From Gammaproteobacteria bacterium (lineage in GTDB: Bacteria; Pseudomonadota; Gammaproteobacteria; UBA4575): a stretch of DNA of 64,000 nucleotides. The stretch is from contig OZ242174.1 in NCBI GenBank assembly GCA_965205685.1, forward strand, positions 214,562-278,561, read 5' to 3'. Below are positions 1-10,132 of this stretch, in pieces; the first letter of the stretch is position 1, and each line of letters begins with the position of its first letter. The position numbers and the translations under genes were made by a program. Under the pieces are notes generated by a model that made no database searches, had not been told where the DNA came from, and worked only from the letters and a program-made list of their open reading frames with translations.

Positions 1-155
1 CGTTCCTGACCATGCTGCGCGACAGCCAGCACTACATCCGGGCGGCTGAACGCGGGCTCGGAATTTTCGAGATGGCGCCTGCGGCCACCGCGGTAGACCG
101 CGAACAGTGGCAGCCCATCATCAAATGGGTGAAGAGCAAGCGCAGCCAGCCGTAG
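1..155 (+). CDS. ParA/MinD-family ATPase, C-terminal part (gene starts before the window)
   Basis: Frame from nt 3 reads FLTMLRDSQHYIRAAERGLGIFEM...QWQPIIKW...* (TAG 153-155), typical of a ParA-family C-terminus. Confidence 0.6.
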   Translation, partial: FLTMLRDSQHYIRAAERGLGIFEMAPAATAVDREQWQPIIKWVKSKRSQP

Positions 156-169
156 CCCCTGTCCAACGC

Positions 170-625
170 GTGCAAAGCGGCACCTTGCATCGACGGCCAA
201 AGGCCGACCGTGTGGTGGTCGAAAAGGCGAAGCGCACGCTGTACCTGTACCGTGGCCAGGAATGCCTGAAGAGTTACTCGGTGGCTCTCGGCCAGCGTCC
301 CTGCGGGGCCAAGCGCCGCGCCGGCGACCTGCGCACACCGGAAGGCCGCTACACGCTGGACTGGCGCAATCCCGACAGCAAGTATTTCCGTTCCATCCAC
401 ATCTCCTACCCGAACGCACGCGACCTGCAGGAAGCCCGGCGCACCGGCCAGGATCCGGGTGGCGAAATCATGATTCACGGAGCGCCTGGAGATCCGGCTG
501 AACAGTCTCGCCTGCTTGGCAAAGGCGCCGACTGGACGGCAGGCTGCATTGCCCTTTGCGACGAGGACATGCAGGAGATCTGGGATGCGGTGGAGGATGG
601 AACGCCAATCGAGATCCTGCCCTGA
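170..625 (+). CDS. L,D-transpeptidase (YkuD/ErfK family)
   Basis: TPEGRY, IHISYPN and IMIHG...WTAGCIAL catalytic His/Cys motif; start uncertain (GTG 170; ORF opens at 107). Confidence 0.85.
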   Translation: MQSGTLHRRPKADRVVVEKAKRTLYLYRGQECLKSYSVALGQRPCGAKRRAGDLRTPEGRYTLDWRNPDSKYFRSIHISYPNARDLQEARRTGQDPGGEIMIHGAPGDPAEQSRLLGKGADWTAGCIALCDEDMQEIWDAVEDGTPIEILP

Positions 626-647
626 CCGGCAGGAGCGTAGAACCAGC

Positions 648-1988
648 CTAGGTCTGCACGTGCACCGACGCCGGGGCGCCAAGCGGGCGGTCCCTGCGGC
701 TCAGCAGGTAGATGGCAAGCAGCACGGCCGGGATGCCGAGCAGGCCGGCATACAGGAAGAAGTGGATATAGCCAAAATCGTCCACGACTTTTCCGGAAAA
801 GCCGCCGATGAATTTTGCCGGCAGCAGCATCAGGGAACTGAACAGCGCATACTGGGTGGCCGTGTAGGCGCGGTTGGTGAGACTGGACAAGTACGCGATG
901 AAGGTCGAGCCCGCAATGCCGCCGCTCAGGTTATCTGCCGTGATGACCACAGCCAGCAGCAGGATCTCGGGTCCCTGGGTGGCCAGCCATGCAAACACCA
1001 GGTTGGTGACGACCACCAGCACCGCGGCCACGATCAGCATGCGCAATATTCCATAACGCATCACGAGCACCCCGCCCAGCAGGGCGCCGACGATCGTGAC
1101 AATGACCCCGAAGGTCTTCGACACCCAGCCGATCTGCTCGTCCGAGAAGCCCATGTCGACATACAGCGGACCGGTCATGACGCCCATGGTGATGTCGCTG
1201 ATGCGAAACAGCCCGATGAACAGCAAGATGACCAGCGCCATGAGCCCGCTGCGGCGAAAGAACTCCACGAAGGGCTGGACCACGGCGTCGGCGAACCAGC
1301 GACCCAGGCGAAGCAGACCGCTCGCCTTCGCATCCCCGGACGGCACACGCGGCGCATGCTCGGGCTCTGCCACGATCAGCGTGGTGATCATGCCCACCAG
1401 CATGAAGCAGCCCATGACGAAATAGGCAGTGTTCCAGGAATAGTTTCCCGCAATGATCAGGGCACCGCCCCCGGCCAGGATCATGCCCAGCCGGTAGCCC
1501 ATCTGGTAGGTCGCTGCCATGGCCCCTTGCAGATCATCGGCCACCGCTTCGATACGCCAGGCATCGATACTGATGTCCTGCGTGGCTGACGAGAAGGCGA
1601 CCAGCAGGGCGGCCAGCACCAGCACGCTCAACTGCGCCCCGGGAGTGTTGCCGGCCATCAGCCACAGTCCGACAAGCACCCCGAGCTGGGCAAGCAGCAT
1701 CCAGCCGCGGCGCTGTCCCAGCCAGTCGGTCAGAAGCGGCAGGCGCAGGCGATCGACCAGGGGGGCCCAGGCGAACTTGAATCCGTACAGGATCGCAACC
1801 CAGGAGATGTAGCCGATGGTGGTGCGGTCAATTCCTTCGCGGCGCAGCCACACGGACAAGGTGCCAAACACCAGCAGCAGGGGCAGTCCTGCGGAGAATC
1901 CCAAAAACAGCATGGCCAGGACCCGGGGCCGGGTATAGACGGCAAAGGCTTGGCTCCACTGCCGGGAAGTTTCGCGTACTGAACTCAA
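648..1988 (-). CDS. ampG: AmpG muropeptide MFS permease
   Basis: LGFSAGLP, FAWAPLVD, ATQDISIDAWRIE, TATQYALFSSL; TTG start overlaps the xth stop. Confidence 0.92.
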   Translation of the reverse strand: MSSVRETSRQWSQAFAVYTRPRVLAMLFLGFSAGLPLLLVFGTLSVWLRREGIDRTTIGYISWVAILYGFKFAWAPLVDRLRLPLLTDWLGQRRGWMLLAQLGVLVGLWLMAGNTPGAQLSVLVLAALLVAFSSATQDISIDAWRIEAVADDLQGAMAATYQMGYRLGMILAGGGALIIAGNYSWNTAYFVMGCFMLVGMITTLIVAEPEHAPRVPSGDAKASGLLRLGRWFADAVVQPFVEFFRRSGLMALVILLFIGLFRISDITMGVMTGPLYVDMGFSDEQIGWVSKTFGVIVTIVGALLGGVLVMRYGILRMLIVAAVLVVVTNLVFAWLATQGPEILLLAVVITADNLSGGIAGSTFIAYLSSLTNRAYTATQYALFSSLMLLPAKFIGGFSGKVVDDFGYIHFFLYAGLLGIPAVLLAIYLLSRRDRPLGAPASVHVQT

Positions 1989-2761
1989 ATCGATAGATCG
2001 TAGTCCATAGTGAGCGGGGCATGATCGGAGAACCTTTCTTTGGTGTAGATCTCCGCGTGCCGGATCTTGCCTTTCAGCTCGGGGCCTGCCACATGGTAAT
2101 CGATGCGCCAACCGACATTCTTGGCCCAGGCCTGCCCGCGGTTCGACCACCAGGTGTACTGGTCTTCCAGCTGGTTGACCTCGCGAAACGCGTCCAGGTA
2201 GCCCACATCATAGAACAGCGTATCCAGCCATGCACGTTCTTCCGGCAGGAACCCGGAGTTTTTCTGGTTGCCGCGCCAGTTTTTCAGGTCGATATTCTTG
2301 TGGGCAATGTTCCAGTCGCCACAGATAATGTAGGCACGGCGCCGGCGCTTGAGCTTTTTCAGATGCTGCATGAAGCTGTCCATGAAGCGGAACTTGGCCT
2401 GCTGGCGCTCCTCACTCGAAGATCCAGAAGGTGCGTACAGGGACACGACCGACAGGGTTTCGAACTGGTATTCCAGGTACCGCCCCTCGTCGTCGAATTC
2501 GCGGTCCCCGTAGCTTCGAATGATACGTTGCGGCTTCTGCCGGCTGTAGAGGGCCACCCCGCTGTAGCCTTTTTTCAGCGCATCCACGTACTCGCAGTGG
2601 TAGCCGGTGGGAAAAAACGTGGCATCGTTTTCGAGTTGATGGATCTGCGCCTTGGTTTCCTGTACGCAGACAAGGTCTGCATCCCGAGACGGGAGCCAGT
2701 CAAAAAATCCCTTGCGGGCCGCCGCCCGGATGCCGTTCGCATTGAGGGTGATGATGCGCAT
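1985..2761 (-). CDS. xth: exodeoxyribonuclease III
   Basis: MRIITLNANGIR, CVQETKAQ, GDWNIAH, GWRIDY, FSDHAP. Confidence 0.95.
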   Translation of the reverse strand: MRIITLNANGIRAAARKGFFDWLPSRDADLVCVQETKAQIHQLENDATFFPTGYHCEYVDALKKGYSGVALYSRQKPQRIIRSYGDREFDDEGRYLEYQFETLSVVSLYAPSGSSSEERQQAKFRFMDSFMQHLKKLKRRRRAYIICGDWNIAHKNIDLKNWRGNQKNSGFLPEERAWLDTLFYDVGYLDAFREVNQLEDQYTWWSNRGQAWAKNVGWRIDYHVAGPELKGKIRHAEIYTKERFSDHAPLTMDYDLSI

Positions 2762-2878
2762 GGTGTGCAAGAATAATCGCTGCACGGAGTGAATGCACGA
2801 ATTCGTCGGGGGGTTGACGCGCGGTACCGTGAAAACCACCAATTCGGCCACAAAGCCAGTGATATACTGGCCGCCGTC

Positions 2879-3457
2879 ATGCGCTCTGGCTTCGTCAATT
2901 CCTGGACCAACAGAAATCCTTGGCGCGAACGCATGGACCGCAATGACGTGCTGATCTTCGACACCGAGACGACCGGCCTCGATGGCGCCGCTGAAATCGT
3001 GGAGCTGTCCATCATCGACACCGCCGGCAACGTGCTGTATGACGCACTGGTGATGCCTAAGGGCAATATCCCGGGAGCCGCATCCAGAGTCCACGGCATT
3101 GACCGCGGCATGTTGCAGAAGGCAGGGGCCCGGCCCTGGCCCGAGCATCACGACGAAGTCATGCGCATATTGCAAGGGGCCAGGACGCTGCTGGCCTACA
3201 ACATCAAATACGATGCTCGCCTGCTCTGGCAGACTGTCGATCAGTACGCGCTGCCTTTGGCCCAACTGCCAGAACAGGATTGCGTGATGCTGGCCTATGC
3301 CAAGCACCGGCGTGTGCCTGGCTCAAGGGGAGACTACCGGTGGCACAAGCTGCAGGATGCCCTGGACCATGAGGGTCTGCATGTGCAGGGACAGGCGCAC
3401 CGTGCCCTGGCCGACTGCCAGGCCACCCTCGGAATCGCCCGGGTTTTGGCCAGATAG
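2879..3457 (+). CDS. DEDDh 3'-5' exonuclease (DnaQ-like)
   Basis: IFDTETTG, VHGI, AYNIKYD, AHRALADC motifs; start could be 2789, 2879 or 2933. Confidence 0.85.
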   Translation: MRSGFVNSWTNRNPWRERMDRNDVLIFDTETTGLDGAAEIVELSIIDTAGNVLYDALVMPKGNIPGAASRVHGIDRGMLQKAGARPWPEHHDEVMRILQGARTLLAYNIKYDARLLWQTVDQYALPLAQLPEQDCVMLAYAKHRRVPGSRGDYRWHKLQDALDHEGLHVQGQAHRALADCQATLGIARVLAR

Positions 3458-3593
3458 GGCCAAATCGCCTATTTTAATTAGAGCCCGATTCCCGAGAGGG
3501 GATGGGACCAAGCCTGACCACCTGGCAGAGCGCGCTTTGTCGCCCGGTGCGGTATCCTTGGCGCTGAACAGGCCCTGGGCCGGAGGAAAATCG

Positions 3594-4256
3594 GTGACCC
3601 GTCAGAATTCCATCAACAGTCAGGCGTTCATCCAGTTCGCGCTTGAACGCCAGGTCATCCAGTTTGGCGAGTTCACGCTCAAGTCCAAACGGGTGGCACC
3701 CTATTTCTTCAACACCAGCCTGTTTCATGACGGCCAGTCGCTGGGGCAGCTGAGCCGCTTTTATGCCGAGGCCATCGTGCAGGCCGGGTGTGAGGCCGAC
3801 ATGCTGTTCGGGCCCGCCTACAAGGGTATCCCGCTGGTTGCAGCAGTCGCCATGACTTTGGCCAGAGAGCACGGCATCAACCTGCCCTATGCCTTCAACC
3901 GCAAGGAGGCCAAGCAGTACGGCGACCAGGGCAGCGTCGTCGGTGCGCCCCTGCAGGGGCGGGTGCTGATTGTGGATGATGTGCTCACGGCCGGGACTGC
4001 GGTGGACGAGGCAGTGTCGATCATCCGGGGTCACGGAGCCCAGCCGCAGGGCGTGGTGATTGCATTTGACCGCGGAGAATGGGGCGCCACGCAGGGCCGG
4101 CTGGCCACCGACGATGTCAGGCAGCGCCACGGCATCGAGGTGTTCTCGGTGGCGACGATCGAGGATCTCATCGAGCATGCGGGCACCGGTGCCTGCGGGC
4201 CGGAGCAGATTGAACGCATCCGGACGTACCTGCAGACGTTTGGCAAGCTGGCGTGA
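3594..4256 (+). CDS. pyrE: orotate phosphoribosyltransferase
   Basis: FGEFTLKS, PYFFN, FGPAYKGIP, FNRKEAK, IVDDVLTAGT; GGAGG precedes GTG 3594. Confidence 0.95.
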   Translation: MTRQNSINSQAFIQFALERQVIQFGEFTLKSKRVAPYFFNTSLFHDGQSLGQLSRFYAEAIVQAGCEADMLFGPAYKGIPLVAAVAMTLAREHGINLPYAFNRKEAKQYGDQGSVVGAPLQGRVLIVDDVLTAGTAVDEAVSIIRGHGAQPQGVVIAFDRGEWGATQGRLATDDVRQRHGIEVFSVATIEDLIEHAGTGACGPEQIERIRTYLQTFGKLA

Positions 4257-4282
4257 GGTGTGGGCGCGCACGCGCCCCGGGT

Positions 4283-5191
<909 letters not shown>

Positions 5192-5215
5192 CTATTCTAT
5201 CCGGGATCGCACCGT

Positions 5216-6586
5216 CTAAAAAGGTAATTCTAGTCCGGCGTCCACGCTCAGCAACTGGGCACGGAAGGCCGCCTGGACATCCTGCAGGGCCGCCTCGTCG
5301 CGGGCTTCAAAGCGCAGCACCAGGGCAGGCGTGGTATTCGAGGCACGCACCAGGCCCCAGCCCGTGGCATATTCGGCACGCACCCCGTCGATGGTCAAAA
5401 CCTGCGCCCCGGGCAGGTGTACCTGCTGGCCGAACGCCTCCATGAAGGTGTGCTGGTCGCCGTCCTGGCCGAGGCGAACGACGATTTCCGGTGTGCAGAT
5501 ATCATCGGGCAGGGTGTCGAACAACTCGCTCGCGGCAAGCCGCTGCTTGGACAGGATCTCCAGCAGCCGCGCCGCACTGTACAGGGCATCATCAAACCCG
5601 TACCAGCGGTCCTTGAAAAAGACGTGCCCGCTCATCTCGCCGCCGAGCACGGCGTCGGTTTCCGCCATCTTGTCCTTGATCAGCGAGTGCCCGGTTTTCC
5701 ACATGACGGCCTCGCCGCCGGCCTGCTCGATGACCGAACGCAGGTTTTTCGAACACTTCACGTCGAACACCACCCGGCCTCCCGGGTGCTGCGACAGCAC
5801 GTCCCGGGAATAGAGCATCATCTGGCGGTCCGGCCACAGCACCCGGCCCCGCTCATCGACCACCCCCAGGCGGTCGCCGTCGCCGTCGAATGCGAGCCCC
5901 AGGTCGAGTTGCCCTTGCCTGACGCAGTCGATGAGGTCGCGCAGGTTTTCCGGGACGCTGGGATCGGGATGGTGGTTGGGGAAATCGCCGTCGACCTCGC
6001 AGTACAGGCTCTCGACCTCGCAGCCCAGCCGGGAAAAAAGCGCCACGGCCGCCGGTCCGGCCACCCCGTTGCCGCAGTCGATGGCGATGCGAAGCGGGCG
6101 CGAAAGGCGGATACCTGCGCACACCTCGTCAAGGTAGCGCTCCAGCACCGCGTCCTTGCGCCGTTGCCCTTCGGGCGCGCGCGCCGGGCCTTCCTGGATG
6201 TGCCGGCAGATGGCCTGCAGGGCCTCGCCAAACAGGGTCTTGCCGTCCATCATGATCTTGAGGCCATTGTATTCGGGCGGGTTGTGGCTGCCGGTCACCA
6301 TCACGCCGGCGCCGGTCTCAAGAACATGCGTGGCGTAGTACAGCACGGGGGTCGGCACCTCGCCGATGTCGACCACGGAGCGACCGCTGTCCGCCAGTCC
6401 GGCACCCAGCGCCTCGGACAGCGCCCGGCTGGACCGGCGCCCGTCCCGCGCGATGACCACCGGCGGGGTGTGCGGGTACAGGGCACCGAGTGCGCATCCG
6501 ATTCTCTGTACGCAGTCCGGGGTCAGGTCCGTGTCCACGAGGCCACGGATGTCGTAGGCGCGAAAGATGAGCGGGTTGACGGGCAT
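5216..6586 (-). CDS. algC: phosphomannomutase/phosphoglucomutase
   Basis: IFRAYDIRG, TGSHNP, FDGDGDR, GEMSGH, RASNT; dut-algC-argB synteny. Confidence 0.93.
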   Translation of the reverse strand: MPVNPLIFRAYDIRGLVDTDLTPDCVQRIGCALGALYPHTPPVVIARDGRRSSRALSEALGAGLADSGRSVVDIGEVPTPVLYYATHVLETGAGVMVTGSHNPPEYNGLKIMMDGKTLFGEALQAICRHIQEGPARAPEGQRRKDAVLERYLDEVCAGIRLSRPLRIAIDCGNGVAGPAAVALFSRLGCEVESLYCEVDGDFPNHHPDPSVPENLRDLIDCVRQGQLDLGLAFDGDGDRLGVVDERGRVLWPDRQMMLYSRDVLSQHPGGRVVFDVKCSKNLRSVIEQAGGEAVMWKTGHSLIKDKMAETDAVLGGEMSGHVFFKDRWYGFDDALYSAARLLEILSKQRLAASELFDTLPDDICTPEIVVRLGQDGDQHTFMEAFGQQVHLPGAQVLTIDGVRAEYATGWGLVRASNTTPALVLRFEARDEAALQDVQAAFRAQLLSVDAGLELPF

Positions 6587-6605
6587 GGTGCGCGTCGCCT
6601 GGGGC

Positions 6606-7079
6606 TCAGGCGATCCCGGAATGACCGAAGCCGCCGCTGCCGCGGTCCGAGGCGCCGAAGCGTTCCACGATTTCGAACTCGGTCTGCACCACCGGCACGA
6701 TGACCAGTTGTGCGATGCGGTCACCGACATTGACTTCGAACGGATCGCTGCCGCGGTTCCACAGGGATACCATCAGGGGGCCCTGGTAATCGGAGTCGAT
6801 CAGGCCCACGAGGTTGCCCAGCACGATGCCGTGCTTGTGGCCCAGGCCAGAGCGCGGCAGGATGGTGGCGGCCAGCCCCGGGTCACGAATATGGATGGAG
6901 ATCCCGGTCGGGATCAGCACCGACTCCCCGGGGGCAACGCAGATCGGCTCCTGCAGGCAGGCCCGCAGGTCCATGCCCGCAGAGCCGGGCGTGGCATAGC
7001 TCGGCAGGGGGATCTCCCGGCCGATGCGCTCATCGAGAATTCTGATTTCGGTCTTTGATTTTTTTGAGGACTGTGACAT
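6606..7079 (-). CDS. dut: dUTP diphosphatase
   Basis: [34 protein letters not shown]. Confidence 0.97.
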   Translation of the reverse strand: MSQSSKKSKTEIRILDERIGREIPLPSYATPGSAGMDLRACLQEPICVAPGESVLIPTGISIHIRDPGLAATILPRSGLGHKHGIVLGNLVGLIDSDYQGPLMVSLWNRGSDPFEVNVGDRIAQLVIVPVVQTEFEIVERFGASDRGSGGFGHSGIA

Positions 7080-8289
7080 TGCCCGGCTTGTGTGTGCTGG
7101 CATAACGTTCTGCGATCAGGCGGATCAGCCCGCGCGCAATCTTGGGCTTTCGGTCTTGCTCGAGCGAGTGGTGCCCACCCGGCCAGTACACCTCAAGCGC
7201 ATTCTCCTCGCTGTCAAACCCGCACTGCGGGTCGGCCACGTTGTTGCAGGCGATCATGTCCAGCTGCTTGCGCTCGAGTTTCTGCAGCGCATGTTTCTCG
7301 GGTTCCCGGGTTTCCGCCGCAAAGCCGACCACGAACGGGCGTCGTGGCAGGCAGGCCACCTCCGACACGATGTCCGGGTTGCGCGTCAGCGCAAGCGACA
7401 GGTCGGCATGCAATTTCTTGATCTTGTCCGGCTGCTTGGCCACGGGCCGGTAATCGGACACCGCCGCACAACTGATGAATATCTGCTGATGCTCCACATG
7501 CCGGTGCACGGCCTCCAGCATTTCCTCGGCCGTGTTCACTTGCACACAGTGGATGCCCTCACCTGCGTTCAGGGCAACCGGACCGGATACCAGCTCGACG
7601 CTGGCCCCGGCATCGCGCGCGGCCTCGGCCAGCGCATAGCCCATGCGCCCCGAGCTGCGGTTGCTGATGTAGCGCACCGGGTCGATCGGCTCACGCGTGG
7701 GCCCGGCCGTGATCAGCACATTGAGCCCGTCGAGCTCATTGCTGTGGAACAGGTGGTCGAGCGACAGCAACAGCTGGCGGGCCTCGAACATGCGCCCTTC
7801 GCCGACGTCTCCGCAGGCCTGCTTGCCCGTGCCCGGACCAAACAGCAGGGTGCCGCGTTTTTTCAGGGCCTCGCAATTGCGGCGGGTGGCCGGATGGGAC
7901 CACATGGCCTGGTTCATGGCCGGTGCCAGCGCAATCGGTGCCCGGGTGACCAGGCACAGCGTGCTCAGCAGGTCGTCGGCCCCGCCGTGGGTCAGCTTGG
8001 CAATCGTGTTGGCGCTGGCCGGGGCAATCAGGACGGCGTCGGCCCAGCGGGCCAGGGTGATGTGATCCATGCCATGCTCGGCCTGTGGCGCATCGAATTC
8101 ATCGCTGGCCACCGGGTGGCCCGACAGTGCCTGGAAGGTGAGCGGGGTGACGAAGGCCTTGGCCTTTTCGGTCATGACCACCCGCACCTGCGCGCCCGCC
8201 TGCACCAGCTCACGCACGAGCTCGGCGCTTTTGTAGGCCGCAATCCCCCCGGTCACGCCGAGCAGAATGTTCTTGTTGGCTAGGGACAT
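7030..8289 (-). CDS. coaBC: phosphopantothenoylcysteine decarboxylase/ligase
   Basis: [44 protein letters not shown]. Confidence 0.97.
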   Translation of the reverse strand: MSLANKNILLGVTGGIAAYKSAELVRELVQAGAQVRVVMTEKAKAFVTPLTFQALSGHPVASDEFDAPQAEHGMDHITLARWADAVLIAPASANTIAKLTHGGADDLLSTLCLVTRAPIALAPAMNQAMWSHPATRRNCEALKKRGTLLFGPGTGKQACGDVGEGRMFEARQLLLSLDHLFHSNELDGLNVLITAGPTREPIDPVRYISNRSSGRMGYALAEAARDAGASVELVSGPVALNAGEGIHCVQVNTAEEMLEAVHRHVEHQQIFISCAAVSDYRPVAKQPDKIKKLHADLSLALTRNPDIVSEVACLPRRPFVVGFAAETREPEKHALQKLERKQLDMIACNNVADPQCGFDSEENALEVYWPGGHHSLEQDRKPKIARGLIRLIAERYASTHKPGNVTVLKKIKDRNQNSR

Positions 8290-8380
8290 GGCCCGAGTCT
8301 ACCAGAACAGGCGGCAGAATTGATGGTGGATGCGGGCCTGCAAACCCCCGGGGCTGTGCCCCGGGCGGCCCCTTTCGCCG

Positions 8381-8806
8381 TCACACCAGGGGCGCCCGCT
8401 CCCCCAGCAGGTAGCGCAGGGCATCCACGTAGTCAAAGCCCAGCGAGACCACGATGGTGGCCATCAGCGCCGCCATGGTCCAGCGCACCAGCCCGGGTGT
8501 CATGAAGTGTCTGCGCCGCCGATAGAGGTAAATTGCAAGCGGGGTCCAGACCACGATGTGCGGCAGGCCGATCATGCGAACATAGCCCACCTGCGCATGC
8601 CAGAGCGGCATCAGGGTGACCACGGCGATGGAAGTCGCAGCCACGACCGCGACGTCGAGCCACCGGGCACGGCACAGGAGCAGCACGATCGGGGCTGCGA
8701 TGACGAGGCCAAACATCCAGCCCGACCAGACGACGATCGCGGGCGATAGCATCAGCACATCTCGTATCAAATCCATGCGGCACTCCTGGCGCTTCTCGCT
8801 CGCCAT
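8381..8806 (-). CDS. hypothetical membrane protein (about 4 TM segments)
   Basis: Hydrophobic ORF with GLPHIVVWTPL motif and coding-like codon use; start may be the later ATG (MDLIRD). Confidence 0.7.
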   Translation of the reverse strand: MASEKRQECRMDLIRDVLMLSPAIVVWSGWMFGLVIAAPIVLLLCRARWLDVAVVAATSIAVVTLMPLWHAQVGYVRMIGLPHIVVWTPLAIYLYRRRRHFMTPGLVRWTMAALMATIVVSLGFDYVDALRYLLGERAPLV

Positions 8807-8957
8807 GGTATTTTGTGCGGGTTCGATAGTATCATTCTAGGGGTTCCGATGGCCCTCCAGATTGGGATGGCCGGATTGCGGGAAGTATTCGGCGCAGGGG
8901 AAAGGGTGTGCCCCGAATGCCTCGGGTACCGTTGCTGCGCCCTAGGGACAATAAAAA

Positions 8958-10127
8958 ATGAGCGAGATTACCGTTCCATTCGCCTACGACAAGGGCTACC
9001 AGGAAGCCCGCGAACAGGATGCGCAGGCCGCCGACAACTATGTGCGCCACACCCTGATCGGCGACCCCCTGCTGGATCCTGTGCTGGCCGAAATCGCCGA
9101 CCTGCCGACGCCGGACCTGCACCGCTTTGTCGGTGCCGGCATCGAACGCGAGGAGGACGAATTGCGCAAGGCCCCCCAGGCGCTGCGCGAATTTTTCGAG
9201 CAGGTCAACACCCCCCCTCCCTGGTGCGACTACAAGGACTTTGAGCCGGCCGCGCGAGTCTTCTACACGGAAGTGAACAACATGCTGGTGGCCTTCGTGT
9301 GCGGGGTGCTGATCGAAGGGTTCACCACGCTGATCGCCAAATCATTCAATATCACCGGGCGGGTGACGCGCGGGCCGGGTGATCGGCGCTTGCGGCAGAA
9401 CAACCGCCACCTGATGGAGATCTTTTTCCCCGGCGGGCTGGAACGTGACGGGGAAGGCTGGAAGACCACCATGCGCGTACGCTTTGTCCACGGCCAGGTG
9501 AGACGGCTGATGGGGCCCTGCCAGGACTGGCACAAGGAGTCCTGGGGCGTGCCGGTGAGTGCGGCCCACCTGGGCCTGGCGAGCGTCGTGTTTTCGTTGC
9601 GGTTGCTGCAGCACTCCATCCTGATCGGCGCCCAGTACACGAGTGAACAGGAAGAGAGCGTGATGCGCCTGTGGCGCTACACGGGCTACCTGATGGGGGT
9701 GCCGGAATCCATCCTCTTCACCAACCGGGAAGAGGCGGCGCACCTGCTGGACATCGGCCTGATGTGCGAACCCCCGCCGACACTGGATTCCGTGATCATG
9801 GCGAACTCGCTGATCAATGCCATCCCGGTGGTGGCGAACATCGAATCCCCGCGGGAGGCCAGGGCGGTCAAGAGCCTAGCCTATGGCATCGGGCGCTCGC
9901 TGCTCGGGCACGAGATGGCGGACCAGCTGAGGTTTCCGAAAAAGGGCAAGGTGACCTCGCTGTACAAGTGGAAATTCCTGCAGGCCATCGACCGCATGCG
10001 CCGGGACAAGAAATCGATCAAGGCGGAAAATTTTGCCCAGGTCCTCGATATCTCGCAATACGATGACGTGGGCATCAGCTACAAGTTGCCGGACCACGTG
10101 TACTCATCCAAATCCGGGGACTGGTAA
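8958..10127 (+). CDS. oxygenase MpaB / DUF2236 family protein
   Basis: GDPLLD, RVRFVHGQVR, WGVPVS, LWRYTGYLMGV motifs of the MpaB/rubber-oxygenase-like family. Confidence 0.8.
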   Translation: MSEITVPFAYDKGYQEAREQDAQAADNYVRHTLIGDPLLDPVLAEIADLPTPDLHRFVGAGIEREEDELRKAPQALREFFEQVNTPPPWCDYKDFEPAARVFYTEVNNMLVAFVCGVLIEGFTTLIAKSFNITGRVTRGPGDRRLRQNNRHLMEIFFPGGLERDGEGWKTTMRVRFVHGQVRRLMGPCQDWHKESWGVPVSAAHLGLASVVFSLRLLQHSILIGAQYTSEQEESVMRLWRYTGYLMGVPESILFTNREEAAHLLDIGLMCEPPPTLDSVIMANSLINAIPVVANIESPREARAVKSLAYGIGRSLLGHEMADQLRFPKKGKVTSLYKWKFLQAIDRMRRDKKSIKAENFAQVLDISQYDDVGISYKLPDHVYSSKSGDW

Positions 10128-10132
10128 GCCCG

